A stretch of DNA of 64,000 nt from Chloroflexota bacterium (lineage in GTDB: Bacteria > Chloroflexota > UBA6077 > CF-72): NCBI GenBank assembly GCA_019247515.1, contig JAFAOS010000252.1:138-64137 (forward strand), written 5' to 3'. How positions within the stretch are numbered: position 1 is the stretch's first letter; every line of letters begins with the position of its first letter. Below, piece by piece: positions 37,791-46,125 of this stretch. The notes beneath the pieces are model-generated. The model was not told the DNA's origin. It saw only the letters and a list, made by a program, of their open reading frames with translations, and made no database searches. Made by a program: the position numbers and the translations under genes.

Positions 37791-38020
37791 AGCAGGTTGA
37801 TAAAAAAGACTCTCGAGGGGCTCCACCGCAGGTGGAATCATTGAGCCTGCGTTCCTCAGTGGGGCGCGAGCTCACGTTTGTGGCCGCCAGCTTTCGAGGT
37901 GGCGGCAATTCTTCTCTGAAGAGAAGCAGATCCTTAGAGGCTACAGGTTGATAAAAAACTCTCCAAGGGCTCCACCGTAGGTGGAATCACTGAGCCTGCA
38001 GATTATTTCACCAACCTGGT
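37791..38020 (-). repeat. Family A element: one full and one partial copy in reverse orientation
   Basis: caggttgataaaaaa..gggctccaccg(c/t)aggtggaatca at 37793 and 37944; inverted terminus ttatttcaccaacctg at 38003. Confidence 0.85.
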
Positions 38021-38965
38021 AAGTGCTGGCCGGACCTCCCTGGCGAAGCGCTCCAGGCTGCGCTCGACCTCGGCGGGTGGTTTGCGACCAAAGCTCACGA
38101 CCAGGCTATCGACGCCCGCCTCGAGATACCTTTGAAACTGCCCGGCGATAGCATCAGACGAGCCGGCGAACGGGGAGCCATCGTCTTCGTCGAACCGTAT
38201 GGTGGTATCGAAGCACACCCGCAGGGCAGCAGGATTGCGCCCCGCGCGCTCCGCTTGTTCGCGAATGCTGGCAATGCACGCGCGGACCTCTTCCGGCGGA
38301 AGGTCGGCCGGCGGTCGGCCGCCAATCGGCAGCCAGCCATCGCCAAAGAGTGCAGTCCGTCGGAGCGCCACGCGCGTGTGGCCGCCCACCCAGATCGGCG
38401 GATGGGGTTTCTGGATCGGATGCGGATGCACGCCGACCGTGTCGAACTGATAGTAACGTCCGGCGTAGCTGGTGACGTCCTCCGTCCAGGCGGACTTGAG
38501 AATCCGCAGTTGCTCGTCAGACGCGCTGCCGCGGTGCTCGTAGACCTCCAGGGGCTGGCCAAGCGCCTCGAATTCCTCGCGCATCCAGCCCACCCCAATG
38601 CCGAGGTCGATGCGACCACCCGAGAGGTTGTCCAGCGTCGCGACCATTTTCGCGGTGAGCAGCGGATGGCGGTACGGCAGGATCAGGACCGCGACGCCGA
38701 GTCGAACACGTCGCGTCATGCCAGCCAGGTAACCCAGCGTGGCCAGCGGCTCGAGATATGGCTGAGTCGGCGACAGACCAAAGTTCCCGTCGACGCTGTA
38801 CGGGTACGCCGAGCTGATGCGTTCAGGCACCACGACGTGGTCCGAAATCCAGACGGAATCGAACCCGAGCCCTTCGGCGGCCTGCGCCAGCCCACCGAGC
38901 GCCCCGAAATCAGCAACCGGACCGCTGGCTGGCAGCGTGCAACCAATTGGCAACGAATCAGGCAT
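38003..38965 (-). CDS. LLM class (F420-dependent type) oxidoreductase
   Basis: AEGLGFDSVWISDH, LPYRHP, LDNLSGGR, GVGWMREEF, PPIWVGG. Confidence 0.9.
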   Translation of the reverse strand: MPDSLPIGCTLPASGPVADFGALGGLAQAAEGLGFDSVWISDHVVVPERISSAYPYSVDGNFGLSPTQPYLEPLATLGYLAGMTRRVRLGVAVLILPYRHPLLTAKMVATLDNLSGGRIDLGIGVGWMREEFEALGQPLEVYEHRGSASDEQLRILKSAWTEDVTSYAGRYYQFDTVGVHPHPIQKPHPPIWVGGHTRVALRRTALFGDGWLPIGGRPPADLPPEEVRACIASIREQAERAGRNPAALRVCFDTTIRFDEDDGSPFAGSSDAIAGQFQRYLEAGVDSLVVSFGRKPPAEVERSLERFAREVRPALTRLVK

Positions 38966-39033
38966 CAGCCAAGGATACGCCGCTGGCTAATTCTGAACCG
39001 CTCTCAACTTGTTCAGAGCGGTAGAGAATTACT

Positions 39034-40278
39034 TTAACCAGCGCTGATCGGCTGATCCTCCACCACCCGCTTCACCGCCGCCAGCAGCCCGGCGCTGGTG
39101 CCGAAGGCCGCCAGCGTCAGCGCGATCGGATCGCCCACCTGGTCCGCGGTCGCGCCCCAGAACGCCGCGCCGATCGCCTGACCACCCTGAAACGTCAACA
39201 AGTACGCGGCGATCGCGCGCGCCGCCAGGCGGCGTGGCGCACTCATCTGGACCGCAATCTGGAAGTTCTGATTGGAGGTCGTCCACGCCGCCCCGCCGAT
39301 GGCCAGCATGACGCACACCACCGGCACCGAGCGGACCCAGGCCAGCACCAGGTACATGAGGGTGAAGATCACCACCGCCAGCATCAACAGAAGGTTGGTC
39401 GCCACGTGCCGGCGTAGCCAGGGCAGCGCAAAGGCGCCGGCGACCGCGCCGGCGCCGACGCACGTAACCAGGAGTCCATAGCCGGTCGCATCCAGCCGCA
39501 GCTCTCGTCGCGCAACCACCGGTAGCAAGCCCCAGAACGCGCTTGCGCACAGCATCCACAACATGCTGCGCACCAGGACGACGCGTTGCGTCTGGGCTTC
39601 CCAGACGTATTGCAGGCCCGCCAGCACCATCCTGGTGAGTGGCTCGGTGGAGGTGCTTGCGATGCGTCCGACTCGCGGCTGCCATCGGAAGACGACCCCG
39701 AGCGTGGCCAGAAAGGACGCGGCATTGATGAGAAAGGCGTAGGCGGGACCGGTCGCCGCCACGACAAAGCCGCCGAGCGCCGGCCCGCTGGCGCGGGCCA
39801 CGTTGTAGCCGGCGCTGTTCATGCTGATGGCGGTGGGGACCTGCGGCCGGTCGACCACGTCGGGAATGATCGCCGCCCAGACCGGGGCCGCCAGGGCGTT
39901 GCCGAGTCCCAGCGCGAAGGTCATGCCCAGCAGCAACCAGGGCGTGACGTCACCCGCTAATGTGAGCAAGCCAAGCACCGCGGCGCACACGAGCATCCAC
40001 GCCTGCGTCGCGAGCGTGAGCCGCCGACGGTCGAGGCGGTCCGCCAGACTGCCCGCCGGGAGTCCGATCAGGAATGCGGGCAGTGTGGTCGCGGTTTGCA
40101 TCAACGCGACCGGCAGCGCGTCGGTGGTCAGCGTCGTCATTAGCCACGCGCCTCCAACGGTCTGCATCCAGGTCCCGATGTTGGAGACGATGTTGGCCAA
40201 CCACAGTTCGCGGAACGTCGGGTTGGTCAGTGGATGCCCGGCGCGGGCCGGTTTCGACGCGGACTCCAGAAGACTCAA
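39034..40278 (-). CDS. MFS transporter
   Basis: FRELWLANIVSNIGTWMQ, GSLADRLDRRR, NVARASGPALGG; TTG start overlaps the upstream stop. Confidence 0.88.
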   Translation of the reverse strand: MSLLESASKPARAGHPLTNPTFRELWLANIVSNIGTWMQTVGGAWLMTTLTTDALPVALMQTATTLPAFLIGLPAGSLADRLDRRRLTLATQAWMLVCAAVLGLLTLAGDVTPWLLLGMTFALGLGNALAAPVWAAIIPDVVDRPQVPTAISMNSAGYNVARASGPALGGFVVAATGPAYAFLINAASFLATLGVVFRWQPRVGRIASTSTEPLTRMVLAGLQYVWEAQTQRVVLVRSMLWMLCASAFWGLLPVVARRELRLDATGYGLLVTCVGAGAVAGAFALPWLRRHVATNLLLMLAVVIFTLMYLVLAWVRSVPVVCVMLAIGGAAWTTSNQNFQIAVQMSAPRRLAARAIAAYLLTFQGGQAIGAAFWGATADQVGDPIALTLAAFGTSAGLLAAVKRVVEDQPISAG

Positions 40279-41306
40279 GGTCCGACGGGTCCGACCACCT
40301 CCCAGGCCAGAATGCCGGATGCGTCCGGCGGCCCGGTGATCACCCGCAGCGCCGCGGGAGCCGCGTGGACCTCCACCGGCGTGACGCCGATCGGCTCGCC
40401 GTCGACGTGGACCGGCAGCGGCCGCCCGCGGCGTTTGCTCACGCGCAGCCACGGCACACGCCGCACGCGCGCCTGCTTGGGGGGTGGCAGCGGACGCCCG
40501 CCAGCGACCATGGCCAGGTGGAGCAGCACGCGCGGGATGCTGGTGTGTCGAAAAACGATGGCGTCGAGCAGGCCGTCGTCGACGCGCGCGTTTGGGGCGA
40601 TGGCGTACGCCGCGCCGACATATGGTCCGTTCGCCACACTCACCATCGGCGCGTGTACGCGAATGGCGCCGCCTGGAAACTCGACCGTCACCCGTGGACT
40701 GCCCAGCCGCCGCAAAAAGCGCCACGTCGCGCGCGCCACACTCAGCCACGAGCCGCCGCTGTCCAGGCGATCGAAATAGCCGAAGAGGCCCGCGTCGAGT
40801 CCGATGCCGGCCGCTTCCAGGAAGTAGCGCTCGCCGACGCGGCCCATGTCCATGGCCAGCACTTTGCCCTCGACGATCGTTCGCGCGGCGAGGGCCAGGT
40901 CGCGCGGGACCCACAGCGTACGCGCCACGTTCATGATGCTGCCCAGCGGCATCAGACCGAGGACGGTTGGCGTCTGGGCCAGGCCGCGAGCGATTTCGTT
41001 GATCGTGCCGTCCCCACCAGCACCGATGACCAGTTCGCGGCCCTCGTCCACCGCGCGCCGGGCCAGCTCCGTGGCGTGCCCGGCGCGCTGGGTTGGCCAG
41101 GCATCGAAGGGCACGTCTTCGGCCCGCAGAGCGGCCTGCACGTCTTCGGCGCTACCCGCGTTGGTGTCGATGCCGAGTTTCTGACCGGCGTGGGGATTGA
41201 AGATCAGCGCCGCTGGCTGTCGCAGCGCGCGGACGTCGAGGTGCGTCCAGCGCGCGGATTGGTCGGGGCCAGAGGGTGGGGTTGCGCTGCGGGTCACTCC
41301 AAGCAA
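40275..41306 (-). CDS. Diacylglycerol/lipid kinase family protein (YegS/BmrU-like)
   Basis: IFNPHAG, GAGGDGTINE, PLGSIMN, DDGLLD, VDGE. Confidence 0.9.
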   Translation of the reverse strand: MLGVTRSATPPSGPDQSARWTHLDVRALRQPAALIFNPHAGQKLGIDTNAGSAEDVQAALRAEDVPFDAWPTQRAGHATELARRAVDEGRELVIGAGGDGTINEIARGLAQTPTVLGLMPLGSIMNVARTLWVPRDLALAARTIVEGKVLAMDMGRVGERYFLEAAGIGLDAGLFGYFDRLDSGGSWLSVARATWRFLRRLGSPRVTVEFPGGAIRVHAPMVSVANGPYVGAAYAIAPNARVDDGLLDAIVFRHTSIPRVLLHLAMVAGGRPLPPPKQARVRRVPWLRVSKRRGRPLPVHVDGEPIGVTPVEVHAAPAALRVITGPPDASGILAWEVVGPVGP

Positions 41307-41371
41307 CGTACTCGATCCCCGGCGATGGCCCTTGACGTTTCGGCCGATCTCTGACTAGAGTCAGAGAATTC

Positions 41372-42307
41372 ATGCCACTGGCCGCCGACGCGCACGACCT
41401 CGGCCGTGTCCGAGCCTTCAATCGCACCGTCGCCGAGCGCATCGGCGCCCTGGACGACAGCTTTCTGGCCCGCGGCCGACCCATGGGCGAATCCCGCGTT
41501 CTCTGGGAAATCGGCCCCGACGGCATCGAGGTCCGCGGCCTGCGCGCGCGCCTCAGCCTCGATTCGGGCTATCTCAGCCGCGTGCTGCGCTCGCTCGAAG
41601 GCCAGGGACTCGTCGTCGTCGAAGCCAGCGCCGACGACGGCCGCGTGCGTTCGGTCCAGTTGACCACCAGCGGTCGCGCCGAGCGCGAAGAGCTCGACCG
41701 CCGTTCGGACGCCGTGGCGTCCAGTTTTCTGGAACCGCTCACGCCGGAGCAGCGGTCCCGCCTGGTCGCGGCGATGACGCGGGTCGAACGCCTGCTGCGC
41801 CTCTCAGAGATCCGCATCGCGCGCGAAGACCCCACCTCGCCTGAGGCGCGCTGGTGCATCGAGCAGTATTTTCTCGAGCTGCAGACGCGCTTCGAGACCG
41901 GCTTCGACCCCACGCGCACCAACTCGGCCGAAGCGCACGAGCTGATGCCGCCCGTCGGCGCGTTGCTGGTTGCCCGACTCAAGGGTGCGCCAGTTGGCTG
42001 CGGCGCGCTGAAGCTTCATGCGCGTGAGCCGGCTGAGATCAAGCGGATGTGGGTCGCCGCTGACGCGCGCGGGCTGGGCCTCGGCCGCCGCCTGCTGGCC
42101 GAGCTCGAGCGCGCCGCGAAAGAGGCCGGGGCCACCGCGGTGCGATTGGAGACCAATCGCGCGCTGACCGAGGCAATCCATCTCTATCAAAGCAGCGGCT
42201 ACCTCGAGGTGCCGGCGTTCAACACCGAGCCCTACGCGCACCACTGGTTCGAAAAGAAGTTCTGTCCAGCTACTCTCCAGAGGGGACCCAGGCGGATTTT
42301 GAGTTGA
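41372..42307 (+). CDS. Bifunctional MarR-HTH / GNAT N-acetyltransferase
   Basis: VRAFNR, LDSGYLSRVLRSL, GCGALK, EIKRMWV..ARGLGLG. Confidence 0.9.
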   Translation: MPLAADAHDLGRVRAFNRTVAERIGALDDSFLARGRPMGESRVLWEIGPDGIEVRGLRARLSLDSGYLSRVLRSLEGQGLVVVEASADDGRVRSVQLTTSGRAEREELDRRSDAVASSFLEPLTPEQRSRLVAAMTRVERLLRLSEIRIAREDPTSPEARWCIEQYFLELQTRFETGFDPTRTNSAEAHELMPPVGALLVARLKGAPVGCGALKLHAREPAEIKRMWVAADARGLGLGRRLLAELERAAKEAGATAVRLETNRALTEAIHLYQSSGYLEVPAFNTEPYAHHWFEKKFCPATLQRGPRRILS

Positions 42308-42401
42308 TCCTGTTCGGCGTCGGCCCTCCAGACGCCATTCGCAGGGTTTTGCACCGTGAAATGGCCGCGCCTCATGCTCGGCGCCTTCGAAACACAGATC
42401 A

Positions 42402-42426
42402 AAGGGCTCCACCGTAGGTGGAATCC
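42402..42426 (-). repeat. Family A core palindrome fragment
   Basis: aagggctccaccgtaggtggaatc identical to the motif at ~37965-37988. Confidence 0.7.
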
Positions 42427-42463
42427 TTCGACGCTGTGCGCCGTAGGCGCGCGAAAGTCTGAG

Positions 42464-43864
42464 TTAGCCGCCTATCCCGAACGCTCCCAGCGCCTGGCTG
42501 CCAAGCAGCACCGCGACCGCGCCCGTCACCAGCACAAACGTCCCCCAGCCGAGAACGCGGTTAATGGGTCCATTGCGCAGCTCACCCGTCAGCCGCCCGT
42601 TGTTGGCCAGGATCAGGATGAAGAGCAGGATCACTGGCAGCAGCATGCCATTCAATACCTGTACCCCGACCAACAGCTCGATCACCGGCACCCCCGGCAC
42701 CAGTGCGACCAGCCCGCTGACCACGACCAGCGCCGTGTACAGGCCCACGAAGATCGGCGCGCGCCGGAAGTCGAGATTGACGCCCTTGCGGAAGCCGAAC
42801 GCTTCACTGACCGAGTAGGCAGTCGCCAGCGGCAGCACGCCGCCCGCGACCAGGCTGGCGCCCAGCAGCCCGATGGCGAAGAGCACCAGCGACGCATCAC
42901 CAGCGAGCGGGCGCAGGGCCTGCGCCGCGTCCTGGGCTGTCTGGATGTCCGTAATGCCGGCGACGTGCAGGGTGGCGGCCGTGGCGATGATGATGAACGC
43001 CGAGATCAGATTGCCGAAGGCCGCGCCGGCGTACGCGTCGATCCGCTCGGGGCCATAGTCGTCGCGCCCGACGCCCTTCTCGACGATGGCGCTCTGTTGG
43101 AACAGCTGCATGTACGGCGTAATCGTCGTGCCGATCAGACCCACGAGCAGGAGCAGGTAGTCCGGATTGGCCTGCACGCTCGGCACAAACGCGCCGCGCG
43201 CGACCGCCCCCCAATCGGGGTGCGCCAGAATTGCCGCGGCCGGGTAGGCGAAGAACGCCAGCGTGAGCAGCAGCAAGAATTTTTCGACACGAATGTAGGA
43301 GCCGGCGATAACCAGGTACCACAGACCCGCCGCCGCGATTGGCACCGAGACATACCTGCTCACCCCGAGCAGTTCGAGGGCAGCGCCGATACCCACGAAC
43401 TCCGTGATCGTGACGCCTCCATTGGCAATCACGATGACGCCGACGGCCAGCAGCGCCCAGCCGATGCCGAACTGCTCGCGGATGAGATCGAGCAACCCGC
43501 GACCGGTGGCGGCCCCCAGTCGCGCGCACATTTCCTGGACCACGGCCAGTGAGATCGTGATCAGCAGCACGACCCACAGCAGGTCGTAACCGAACTTCGC
43601 GCCAACCTGGGAATAGGTCGCGACGCCGCCCGCGTCGTCGCCGGCGGTGGCGGCGAGCAATCCTGGACCAAGAATGGCCAGGATGGCCAGCACGCCGGTC
43701 GGCGGACGGTGGAGGCCGCGCAGCTTGAGGCTGCGGCCGCGAATCGTGACGCGGACGCCCGCGCGGCCCAACGCGCCGCGGCTGAGATACGGCGGCGGCG
43801 CCTGGGTGACCCCGGCGACGGGGACGACCGGTCGCGTCGGCGGCGATTCGCTTTCGACGCTCAC
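42464..43864 (-). CDS. Nramp-family divalent metal transporter
   Basis: GPGLL..DDAGGVATYSQVG, QEMCARLG, GTTITPYMQ; GTG start overlaps the upstream stop. Confidence 0.9.
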   Translation of the reverse strand: MSVESESPPTRPVVPVAGVTQAPPPYLSRGALGRAGVRVTIRGRSLKLRGLHRPPTGVLAILAILGPGLLAATAGDDAGGVATYSQVGAKFGYDLLWVVLLITISLAVVQEMCARLGAATGRGLLDLIREQFGIGWALLAVGVIVIANGGVTITEFVGIGAALELLGVSRYVSVPIAAAGLWYLVIAGSYIRVEKFLLLLTLAFFAYPAAAILAHPDWGAVARGAFVPSVQANPDYLLLLVGLIGTTITPYMQLFQQSAIVEKGVGRDDYGPERIDAYAGAAFGNLISAFIIIATAATLHVAGITDIQTAQDAAQALRPLAGDASLVLFAIGLLGASLVAGGVLPLATAYSVSEAFGFRKGVNLDFRRAPIFVGLYTALVVVSGLVALVPGVPVIELLVGVQVLNGMLLPVILLFILILANNGRLTGELRNGPINRVLGWGTFVLVTGAVAVLLGSQALGAFGIGG

Positions 43865-45105
43865 GAAAAGACCCTGGGCGCCTGGTCGCGCCACGCGGCT
43901 GGGGCGAGCTGCGCCATCGCCATGTCGACGGTGACCGCGCCGAGCAGCCGTCCGTCGCGGCTGGTCACCGGCAGGGCGGCCAGCTGCTCGTCCGCCACGT
44001 GCCGCGCAGCCGTGCGCGCCGGCTCGAGCGCGTCAATGCTGGTGACGTCGGTCCGCATCAGCGAGCCGATACGCGTGTCATCCTCGGCCACCGAGAAGTC
44101 GCGCAGGCTGACCACGCCCTCGAGATGGCGCTCGCTTTCCGAATCGATGACGTACAGGTAGTTGGCGAAGTCGGGGGACGCAATGTAGTCCTTCAGGTCG
44201 CGCCGCGCGTCTCCCACACTTTGAGCGGCGCGCACGCAGACGAGCTCATTGGTCATGATGCCGCCGGCGGTATCGTCGGGATAGCGCAGCAGTTCCACGA
44301 TCAGGTCACGCCTGGGCGCGGGCACCTGCGCCAGCAGGCGCTGGGCGCGCGCGGGCGCCAGATATCCGAGCAGGTCGGCGGCGGCCTCGGGCGCCATCAG
44401 GGAGAGCAAGCGCACCGCCCGATCCTGGTCGAGCACCTGGATGACCTGCGTCTGACGCTCGGGCGACATCGTCTCGAGGGTGTCGGCCGCGATCGGATCG
44501 TCGATCAGCGTCAGCAACTCGGCCGCGTGCAGATACGGCAGCGCGTCGAGCAGGCGCGCGATCTCGGCCGGCTGCAAGCGCGTGATCTGGCGATGGTAGT
44601 CGTGCCCCTGCCGCGCGGCGTCGGGATCGCCCCGCAGAAACTCCAGGTCCTTCCAATCGACCAGACGTCGCTCGGCGCCGCGGCCGAGCACGCCGCGCCC
44701 GAGGCGGCGCAGGACTGCCCAGGGGCTGGCGTCCGCGCCCGCCAGCCACAACTGGCCGTCCTGCTCCCGAAACCACAGGTCGTTGGCGCGGAGCGTGTGA
44801 CGCCTGCCTACGTCGACGATCAGCGCGTCCAGGATGTCACGCCTGGCCAGCACGCCGCGCGTGAGCGGCGCCTCGGACCCCGCCTGCACATCGTCGACGA
44901 GGATGCGGCGCCGCCGCCAGTCGATAGACGCCACGTCGCTCCACGCCAGCGCGACGGTCTTGCGTGGGCGGCCAAGTCGAATAAGCAGTTGATCGACGCA
45001 CGGATAATCGCCCGCGGCGAGATCGACAGCCACATCCGTGAGTTGCGCGTGCTGCTCCTGTCGGTCGGTCAACCGGAACCGCAGGAAATCCGACAGCATC
45101 ACCAT
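43861..45105 (-). CDS. MgtE intracellular-domain + CBS pair protein (no transmembrane domain)
   Basis: LLRYPDDTAGGIMT, YLYVID, GVVSLRD, LPV..GRLLGAVTVD. Confidence 0.85.
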   Translation of the reverse strand: MVMLSDFLRFRLTDRQEQHAQLTDVAVDLAAGDYPCVDQLLIRLGRPRKTVALAWSDVASIDWRRRRILVDDVQAGSEAPLTRGVLARRDILDALIVDVGRRHTLRANDLWFREQDGQLWLAGADASPWAVLRRLGRGVLGRGAERRLVDWKDLEFLRGDPDAARQGHDYHRQITRLQPAEIARLLDALPYLHAAELLTLIDDPIAADTLETMSPERQTQVIQVLDQDRAVRLLSLMAPEAAADLLGYLAPARAQRLLAQVPAPRRDLIVELLRYPDDTAGGIMTNELVCVRAAQSVGDARRDLKDYIASPDFANYLYVIDSESERHLEGVVSLRDFSVAEDDTRIGSLMRTDVTSIDALEPARTAARHVADEQLAALPVTSRDGRLLGAVTVDMAMAQLAPAAWRDQAPRVFS

Positions 45106-45327
45106 TTACAGTTTTGTTACCTACGTTGTTACCCGTGCGTCATAAAAGCACGACGCGTGCCACCCGATGCATTGCGGATACTCGAGTGCTCCAGACGGCG
45201 ATGTGGAGGAAGTCAACGAGGGAGTGGAGCGCTCCGCTCAAACCGCTTTGCGAAGTTCCTCCACTCCAGGTCCGCCCCCGTTAGCACATCATCCGGCCGC
45301 GCGCCCAGGGAAAAAGAACGCGGAATG

Positions 45328-45834
45328 TCAGGCGGCTGGGCTGTGCGCGCGCAGCGGCTCCAGGTCGCCCGCGGCCATCTGCACGGCAACGTTGCCGCTG
45401 GTCAGATTCAGCAAGATACGGACGCGACCGCTCGCGCTCAGCTTTCTGTCAAAAATGCCTTCGACCCACTTGAATGGACCCGTCACCACACGCACGTGCT
45501 CACCGTTGCGGAACTCGTGGGCGTTCGAACGCAAGCGCAGCTCGTGCTCTTTGGCGCGGATCGCACCGATCAAGACATCAGGGAGCAATGCTGGCGTGCC
45601 GCCGCGTGGCAAGACATACGCGACGCCTGGCGCAGAACGGATGCGCAACAGATCGTCCGAACCTGGAGTTACCTGAACGAACACGTAACCCGGGAACAGA
45701 ATCGTCGAACTTCCGCCCTTGCGCGCCGACGGACGCGCTGGACTGTAGCATTCAACTCCGCGTGAACTGACGGCTTGCGCAACAAACGTTTCGCGGTGAG
45801 CCTGTGCCCTGAGGACGGCCCAGCGTCTTTCCAT
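45328..45834 (-). CDS. Specialized NusG paralog (RfaH/UpxY/LoaP-like antitermination factor)
   Basis: NGN domain (WAVL, LFPGYVFV, IRSAPGV) and KOW domain (GEHVRVVTGPF, RVRILL); divergent from a polysaccharide operon and not in the secE-rplK context. Confidence 0.88.
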   Translation of the reverse strand: MERRWAVLRAQAHRETFVAQAVSSRGVECYSPARPSARKGGSSTILFPGYVFVQVTPGSDDLLRIRSAPGVAYVLPRGGTPALLPDVLIGAIRAKEHELRLRSNAHEFRNGEHVRVVTGPFKWVEGIFDRKLSASGRVRILLNLTSGNVAVQMAAGDLEPLRAHSPAA

Positions 45835-45959
45835 GAGTTCTCCTGTAAGTGGGCCTCGTTTAGCCTGATCGGTGCGACCGCTGGCTGTCAAGGGCCCAAA
45901 TCAAATCAAAGTCTTGTTAAACACTCACGCACGGCTCTTGCACGCGTCGTAACAGCACA

Positions 45960-45989
45960 TTGACCCAGGCCGTTGAGCGAGTGTAGGGT
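45960..45989 (+). promoter_or_regulatory. Putative sigma70-type promoter of the polysaccharide operon
   Basis: TTGACC, 18 nt, TAGGGT. Confidence 0.45.
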
Positions 45990-46113
45990 TCTAGGAGTCG
46001 TTCGCCTTTCGATGCCGAAGGCGGGACATGGGGGTCAGCGCCGACTACCAGCCCCAGTATCACACACTCCCCGTCTGGAGTGACCCTTTGGAGTTGCCTC
46101 ATCGTGAGGAATG

Positions 46114-46125
46114 GGCGGTAGCATG
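46114..46125 (+). promoter_or_regulatory. ops-like element
   Basis: GGCGGTAGCATG fits consensus GGCGGTAGnnTG (11/12 to E. coli GGCGGTAGCGTG), on the non-template strand at the operon head. Confidence 0.65.

Noticed and set aside
42251-42400. Possible degenerate family A left end forming the MarR-GNAT C-terminal tail
   Set aside because: Similarity is limited to about 14 nt (gctactctccagag), too weak to call.
35-45765. Many long antisense or overlapping ORFs (e.g. 35-1339, 3194-4615, 10468-11994, 12226-13707, 43999-45765)
   Set aside because: These are shadow frames of well-supported genes in high-GC DNA and have no recognizable motifs.
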